From positions 141,724-205,723 of the forward strand of contig JAKAWT010000002.1 in the NCBI GenBank assembly GCA_021816845.1: a DNA stretch of 64,000 bases, written 5' to 3'. The notes beneath the pieces were generated by a model that had not been told where the DNA came from, searched no databases, and worked only from the letters and a program-made list of their open reading frames with translations. The stretch comes from a bacterium (GTDB lineage: Bacteria; Patescibacteriota; Dojkabacteria; JAKAPS01; JAJZLI01). Both the position numbers and the translations under genes were made by a program. Below are positions 58,683-64,000 of this stretch, piece by piece (position 1 is the stretch's first letter; every line of letters begins with the position of its first letter).

Positions 58683-60311
58683 ATGAATGTATCAGAACTT
58701 ATAGTTAAAATATTAGAAAATGAAGGAGTTGATACTATTTTTGGTATTCCTGGAGAAGAAAATGTGACTTTTATGGAAGCTTTATATAAAAGTCATATCA
58801 GGTATATACAAACTGCAGATGAGAGAGGTGCAGCTTTTATGGCTGCCTCATATGGAAGATTACGTGAAAAACCAGGTGTTGTGTTTACAACATTAGGACC
58901 TGGAGCATTGAATATCCCAAATGGGGTATCATTCGCCAATATGGCAGGTATACCACTAATAGCATTAACCTGGCAAAGAGGCATTATACAAAGTAATAAA
59001 GATAACGGTTTCATGTATGTAGATATAAAAAAGGTTTTAAAACCAATAGTGAAATACCAAAGTACTATATCATCTTCTAAAGATGTTATAAATACAATAC
59101 AAAAAAGTTTTTTAATATCAAAAACTCCTAGTCAAGGATCATGCCATATTGAAATACCAGAAGATATTGGAAAACAACAGGTTAAAGAAGATATAATACT
59201 GAAAAAGCCAGTTGTCATAAAATCAAAAAAAATCAATCTTCCAGACATAAATAAAGCTGGGGATATAATTTCAAGTTCCAAAACTCCTCTTATACTTATA
59301 GGTTTTAATGCTAGTAATAATCAAGTAGCTAGGTTAATTAGAGACTTTTCTCAAAAAGCAGATATACATGTTATTACTACTCCTATGGCTCAAGGTATGC
59401 TACCATCTGACCATCCCCTATCCTTGTATTCACTTATTCATACTTCAGATACCCTACTTCAAAAATACTTAAATAGTGTTGATACTATTATATCAATTGG
59501 CTATAACCCAATTGAATTTTCTCCTAGATTTTTTAACAGCAATAAATCTAAGAATATAATACATATAAATTCAGTAAATGCTAAAATTCATCCAAACTAT
59601 ACCCCACAAATAGAAATAATTGGGAAAATTGATGAGGCTTTGGAATTATTGATAGAAAGAGTTGATAAAAAAGAAGGATCTTCAATAGTATTAAATGAAC
59701 TTAAAGAAAAACTAATAAAAAAAAGAAACCATGATTATGCATATCCTATAAAACCAGAATATTTGGTAAATATGCTAAAAAGGGTATCTAGAAACGCTAT
59801 CATAGTACATGACAATGGGATGCATAAACTATGGGTAACCAAGTTTTTTCGCCCTGATAACCCTAATCAAATTATTCTTGATAATGCACTAGCCAGTATG
59901 GGATCTGGAGTTCCCAATGGTATATCTACAAAGTTAATGTATCCAGAGAAAGATGTGATTGTTAATACTGGGGAGGGTGGACTATTAATGTGTCTTGGTG
60001 AGATTTCTACTGCTATATCATTAGATATTGCAATTGTAATATTGGTTTGGCGTGATGGAGGCTATGGAATGATCAATTGGCATCAAAAATCAAATAATCT
60101 ACACTCTTTTGGTGTAACTGTGAAAAGTCCTGATTTTGTGAAATTTATAGAAAGTTTTGGGGGCGTTGGGTATAGAATCAATAATGCTAAAGAATTAGAA
60201 GGTGTCCTTATTAAAGCTTTAAATAATAATAAGTTAACCATTATAGATTGTCCAGTTGATTATTCTGAGAATATTAAAGTATTTAATAAAAATAATTATG
60301 AAGAGGATTAG
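58683..60311 (+). CDS. Thiamine-diphosphate-dependent enzyme of the acetolactate synthase large-subunit family
   Basis: N-terminal Pyr domain (LIVKILENEGVDTIFGIPGEENVTFMEAL...TADERGAAFMAASYGRLREKPGVVFTTLGPGALN) and central FAD/TH3-like domain. C-terminal PP domain has a divergent metal motif GEGG-x24-RD in place of GDG-x24-NN. Confidence 0.8.
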   Translation: MNVSELIVKILENEGVDTIFGIPGEENVTFMEALYKSHIRYIQTADERGAAFMAASYGRLREKPGVVFTTLGPGALNIPNGVSFANMAGIPLIALTWQRGIIQSNKDNGFMYVDIKKVLKPIVKYQSTISSSKDVINTIQKSFLISKTPSQGSCHIEIPEDIGKQQVKEDIILKKPVVIKSKKINLPDINKAGDIISSSKTPLILIGFNASNNQVARLIRDFSQKADIHVITTPMAQGMLPSDHPLSLYSLIHTSDTLLQKYLNSVDTIISIGYNPIEFSPRFFNSNKSKNIIHINSVNAKIHPNYTPQIEIIGKIDEALELLIERVDKKEGSSIVLNELKEKLIKKRNHDYAYPIKPEYLVNMLKRVSRNAIIVHDNGMHKLWVTKFFRPDNPNQIILDNALASMGSGVPNGISTKLMYPEKDVIVNTGEGGLLMCLGEISTAISLDIAIVILVWRDGGYGMINWHQKSNNLHSFGVTVKSPDFVKFIESFGGVGYRINNAKELEGVLIKALNNNKLTIIDCPVDYSENIKVFNKNNYEED

Positions 60312-60312
60312 C

Positions 60313-61638
60313 ATGAATTATTTGATAGATAGTTTTCTAAATTATGGGTTATGTAGTAATAAAGCCTGTCAATTATATATGTCTCCATTCTATTCAGAGC
60401 AAAGATGCCCTATCTGTAATGAACCATCTATTATCCCATCACAGCTTGCACCAATAATAAATAAAAATTCAACAGGTAACATTTATAAACGGTATTTTAA
60501 AGACTATGTCGTGGAGACAATAGATAAAAATGATTTTCTAGAATTATCTAATGGTATAGGTAATACAGATATGATACTGAATAAAAATTTACAAAAATGG
60601 ACAGGAGTAAATAACTTATACTTAAAAGAAGAATATTCTAATCAATCTGGATCCTTCAAAGATAGAGGTACCTTTATGGCAATAGCGTTACTAGAGAAGA
60701 AAAATAATTATAACCCCTTTATACTTGGTACCGTATCTACGGGTAATATGGCAATATCAACTGCGTATATGGTTAATTATATAAACATAGAAACTGGATC
60801 TAAGCTTAAAAGTTTTGTTGTTATAGATAAAGATACTAGGGATGAAAAAATTATGGAGATAGAAAAAGCAGCTGGTAAAACTGGTACTACAATTTTTATA
60901 GTTGATGGTAAATATTACAAATTACATAAAGAAGTATATAAAGCATGTCTTAGATTAAGGGAAGGTAAAGTTAGTGCCTATGCTCAATTAACAGATGATA
61001 TATTTCGCATATCTGGTTATGCCACTTTATTTGGAGAAATTGTTGAACAGGTTAATACACCTGACATAATTATTCTACCTGTTGCATCAGGTGCTTTGTT
61101 TAGGGTTGCTGTTTTTGCACTCGAGTCTTTATATAAAAATAAATATATTAAAAAAATTCCTCACGTGGTATTAGTTCAGGAACAAGGTGCAGACCCTATT
61201 GTTCAGTCCTTCCAGAACAATTTATCCAATATATCCAATATAGAGAATCTTGTCATTAAAAAAAATAATTTTCAAAATAGGCTGATAGCTAGTGGAATTG
61301 ATGTTAGTTTTTCTCACAGTGGATTACCAACTTTAGATATATTAAAGGAGAATTATCACAAATGTATTAGTGTGACATCAAATGAAATAAAATGTGCTTA
61401 TGATGAATTGAACAAAGAAGGTATTTTTGCTGAAGAAGCTTCTGCTGCAGCACTCGCTGCTGTATTAAGATTAAGAAAAGATTCATATATAAAAGGAAAT
61501 ATGGAAGTTGTGTGTGTGCTCACTGGAGGGAACATTAATAAGAGACAAATTAAGGATTCTGGAAATAATTCAAAAAGAGTTTTTTGTAATATAAAGGATC
61601 TTCAAGAAGTAATTATAAGTACATTTAATAATGGATAA
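60313..61638 (+). CDS. Threonine-synthase-like PLP (fold type II) enzyme with N-terminal zinc-ribbon
   Basis: PLP-lysine motif SFKDRG and a glycine-rich loop region. N-terminal CSNKAC...CPIC Zn-ribbon. SD-like AAGAGGA 6-12 nt upstream; start 2 nt after the ThDP-enzyme stop. The supplied ORF track starts at 60256 in the same frame. Confidence 0.75.
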   Translation: MNYLIDSFLNYGLCSNKACQLYMSPFYSEQRCPICNEPSIIPSQLAPIINKNSTGNIYKRYFKDYVVETIDKNDFLELSNGIGNTDMILNKNLQKWTGVNNLYLKEEYSNQSGSFKDRGTFMAIALLEKKNNYNPFILGTVSTGNMAISTAYMVNYINIETGSKLKSFVVIDKDTRDEKIMEIEKAAGKTGTTIFIVDGKYYKLHKEVYKACLRLREGKVSAYAQLTDDIFRISGYATLFGEIVEQVNTPDIIILPVASGALFRVAVFALESLYKNKYIKKIPHVVLVQEQGADPIVQSFQNNLSNISNIENLVIKKNNFQNRLIASGIDVSFSHSGLPTLDILKENYHKCISVTSNEIKCAYDELNKEGIFAEEASAAALAAVLRLRKDSYIKGNMEVVCVLTGGNINKRQIKDSGNNSKRVFCNIKDLQEVIISTFNNG

Positions 61639-62884
61639 TATACATTCACTAGTAGAGAATATAAGAAAGGATGAAGAAGAATCTGTTAATACGTTACATC
61701 TTACAAGTAATGAGAATAGAACATCTAAACTTGCACAGTCTTTTTTATCTTCTCCTTTATCTTTTAGATATATTTTTGGATCAACCCCTAGTGATGTTGT
61801 TGAGACTGTCACAGGCCTTATGTTGAAGGGTATGCCAGGTGTTGTGAGCTTTGATAATATTGCTCAACAGGTAGCACAAGAGATGTTTCATGCTTCTTTA
61901 TCTAATTTTAGACCAACTTCTGGTCTGCACACAACTTTTTGTACAATAACTGGTGCTACTGATGTCGGTGATGTGATTTATTCTATAGATCCAGAGGATG
62001 GAGGTCATTTTGCAACAAGACACTTGGTACAGCGTTGTGGTAGAAAGTCTGAATTTATACCATGGGATAACAATAATTTATCTTTGAATCTAGATCTCTT
62101 TAAAAAGAAGATTAAAAAGATACCTCCAGATGTAATATTATTTGAACATGGAACACCACTATTTAACCTTCCTATAATGGAAGTTAGAGAGATTGTTGGA
62201 GATAAAGTGTTGATAGTTTATGATGCGTCACACACATTAGGCCTTATCGCTGGAGGTTTTTTTCAAGATCCACTTAGAGAGGGTTGTGATATATTACAAG
62301 GGAATACACACAAAACATTTCCAGGTCCTCAGAAAGGGATGATACATTTTAAAAATCTAGAATTTGGCCAGAAAGTTATTAAATCTATTGGTGATGGACT
62401 TGTATCGAGTCAACACTTACATCATGCAATTGCTGAGTATATTACAGTTTTAGAGGTTAAAGAATTTGGACATGAATATGCTAAACAAATGATTTTAAAT
62501 GGGAAAAAACTTGCTGAAAGTCTAGCTCAGGAAGGATTTGATCTTTTCAACAGGGATGGTGTATATACTACATCTCATGAATTACTTATTAAAGGTAGTT
62601 CAACGGGAGGACATTTTCAAGGATGCAGGAGGCTACTTCAATCAGGAATTAGTGCTAATGCTAGAGTAGCATTCAAAACTGAGGTCGTAAGGTTAGGAAC
62701 ACAAGAAGTTACAAGGAGAGGTATGATGGAAGGTGATATGGAATATATAGCGAAACTATTTAGGAGAATTATATTAGATAAAGAACCGATTGATAATGTT
62801 AAGAAAGATGTTATTTCTTTTAACAATAGTTTTCTAAATATACATTATTCATTCGATAAGGAATTTAATTATTGGCAATATTAA
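61631..62884 (+). CDS. Serine hydroxymethyltransferase-like PLP (fold type I) enzyme, divergent
   Basis: SHMT-alignable blocks (LTSNENRTS; GGHFATRH; DASHTLGLIAGG...THKTFPGPQKGMI with the PLP-Lys in THKT). Lacks a clear canonical folate-binding N-terminal block. Overlaps the upstream gene by 8 nt (ATGGATAA). Confidence 0.7.
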   Translation: MDNIHSLVENIRKDEEESVNTLHLTSNENRTSKLAQSFLSSPLSFRYIFGSTPSDVVETVTGLMLKGMPGVVSFDNIAQQVAQEMFHASLSNFRPTSGLHTTFCTITGATDVGDVIYSIDPEDGGHFATRHLVQRCGRKSEFIPWDNNNLSLNLDLFKKKIKKIPPDVILFEHGTPLFNLPIMEVREIVGDKVLIVYDASHTLGLIAGGFFQDPLREGCDILQGNTHKTFPGPQKGMIHFKNLEFGQKVIKSIGDGLVSSQHLHHAIAEYITVLEVKEFGHEYAKQMILNGKKLAESLAQEGFDLFNRDGVYTTSHELLIKGSSTGGHFQGCRRLLQSGISANARVAFKTEVVRLGTQEVTRRGMMEGDMEYIAKLFRRIILDKEPIDNVKKDVISFNNSFLNIHYSFDKEFNYWQY

Positions 62885-63702
62885 CTATGTTACTTATAAA
62901 AATTGGAGGAGGAGAAAAAATTAATATTGATTATATATCTCAAGATATAAGGACTCTTATTAAGGAAGGAAGAAAAGTAATAATAGTACATGGAGCAAGT
63001 GCTACAAGAGATAAAATAGCAAAGAGACTTAATATTCAAACACGAACGATTACTTCACCTTCCGGTATAAGTAGTGTTTACACAGATGGGGATGCAATTG
63101 ATGTATTTTTGATGGCATATGCGGGGTTAATTAATAAAAAGATAGTTGCAAATCTTCAAAAACATAATGTTAATGCTATTGGATTATCTGGTGTTGATGG
63201 TAGATTATGGGAGGCAAAAAGGAAAAATTCTGGATATTTTATTGAAAATGAGAAGACAATGTTTTATAAGGATAATCTAACAGGTAGAGTAGATAAAATT
63301 AATGTATCTTTATTAAATTTGCTGCTTGATAATAAATATGTTCCTGTAATTTGTCCTCCAGCAATCAGCTTTGAAAATGATATTGTGAACACTGATAATG
63401 ATTTTGCAACTGCAACAATGGTTAGGGAGTTAAAGATAAATGAGATGGTTGTTTTATTTGAAGCTCCGGGAATATTGAGGGATTTAAATGACAAATCAAG
63501 TGTTATAAAAAAAATCAAAAAATCTGAAATAGATGAATATATGGTCTATGCTCAAGGAAGGATGAAGAAAAAGTTATTAGGGACAAAGAAAGCTTTCGAG
63601 TCTGATCTTTTTGAAAAAATGTATTGTGGAGATGGTAGGGTGAAACATCCTATCATTAATGTTTTAAATGGTAAAGGGACAACCATAGATTATGGATATT
63701 AA
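62872..63702 (+). CDS. lysZ: Amino-acid kinase family protein (LysZ/ArgB-type, LysW-aminoadipate/glutamate kinase)
   Basis: LIKIGGGE and VIIVHGAS motifs of the acetylglutamate-kinase family; 276 aa. Overlaps the upstream gene by 13 nt. Confidence 0.75.
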   Translation: MAILTMLLIKIGGGEKINIDYISQDIRTLIKEGRKVIIVHGASATRDKIAKRLNIQTRTITSPSGISSVYTDGDAIDVFLMAYAGLINKKIVANLQKHNVNAIGLSGVDGRLWEAKRKNSGYFIENEKTMFYKDNLTGRVDKINVSLLNLLLDNKYVPVICPPAISFENDIVNTDNDFATATMVRELKINEMVVLFEAPGILRDLNDKSSVIKKIKKSEIDEYMVYAQGRMKKKLLGTKKAFESDLFEKMYCGDGRVKHPIINVLNGKGTTIDYGY

Positions 63703-63709
63703 TGTAAAG

Positions 63710-64000
63710 GAACAACAGTATGTCATAAATACATACACAAATAGAAAAATAACTTTAGTTAGAGGAGATTTGGTGTATCTTTTTGATAGTAATAATGAGA
63801 AATATTTAGATTTTATGACCAATTATGGTGTTAACATTTTTGGATACAACCAAAAAACAATAACTGTAGGATTATCTGATCAATTAAGACAATTAACAAC
63901 ACTGCATGGTAGCTTTACAAATGATATTAGAGCTAGAGCATCAGAGGAGATAATAAAACGTTGTGGAGGACTATATAGTGGAGTATTTTGGTCCAATTCT
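63710..64000 (+). CDS. lysJ: Class III aminotransferase (LysJ/ArgD-type), 3' end outside window
   Basis: N-terminus VRGDLVYLFDSNNEKYLDFMTNYGVNIFGY matches the ArgD/LysJ start (RGxGxxLxDxxGxxYLDFxxGxxVxxxGH). Confidence 0.65.

Noticed and set aside
58683-62884. Simple ilvB / thrC / glyA housekeeping annotation for the three genes inside the lysW operon
   Set aside because: Not fully rejected and kept as the alternative hypothesis. I downgraded it because of the 1-13 nt coupling to lysY and lysZ and three signs of specialisation. There are no ilvN/ilvC/ilvD partners. The ThDP metal motif is divergent. The ThrC-like enzyme has an extra Zn-ribbon, and the SHMT-like enzyme lacks canonical N-terminal folate-binding blocks.
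1-64000. tRNA, rRNA, transposase or integrase genes
   Set aside because: All spacers longer than 70 nt (188-333, 9766-9871, 13397-13531, 22838-22987, 30065-30297, 31228-31554, 47335-47441) are very AT-rich and lack cloverleaf-compatible GC-paired stems. No ORF shows DDE, tyrosine or serine recombinase motifs. I conclude no mobile elements or stable RNA genes are present, within the limits of manual inspection.

Overview
This 64 kb window is AT-rich (roughly 30% GC) and densely coding, with short or overlapping intergenic spacers typical of a small, streamlined genome.

Content is mostly housekeeping and cell-envelope genes:
- Three aminoacyl-tRNA synthetases (argS, class II lysS, and a minimal proS).
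- DNA repair genes (nth, xth, xseAB).
- A thyX/tmk-like pair.
- trxB and a bacterial-type elp3.

Accessory blocks:
- A glycogen gene island with duplicated GT5 and GH57 genes plus a GalT-like HIT enzyme.
- An exopolysaccharide module: a QxxRW processive GT2 next to a polytopic membrane protein carrying a GH8-like domain.
- A PBP-like transpeptidase.
- A LysM/cysteine-peptidase protein.
- A 1025-aa secreted beta-propeller / tail-fibre-like surface protein.
- Tandem YD-repeat mini-proteins.

The most unusual feature is a tightly overlapping operon at the 3' end. It runs lysW (amino-group carrier protein), lysX, argC/lysY, an acetolactate-synthase-like ThDP (thiamine diphosphate) enzyme, a zinc-ribbon threonine-synthase-like PLP enzyme, an SHMT-like PLP enzyme, lysZ and lysJ. 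That is a carrier-protein-based amino-acid pathway with three extra carbon-carbon-bond or PLP enzymes embedded in it. I read it as a candidate undescribed AmCP-mediated biosynthetic system.

I found no rRNA, tRNA, CRISPR array, transposase or integrase.

Taxonomic signals are mixed. PBP, LysM and XseAB point to a bacterium; Elp3, LysW and GH57 are archaeal-flavoured. This fits a CPR/Patescibacteria-like bacterium, but a DPANN-type archaeon cannot be excluded from this window alone.
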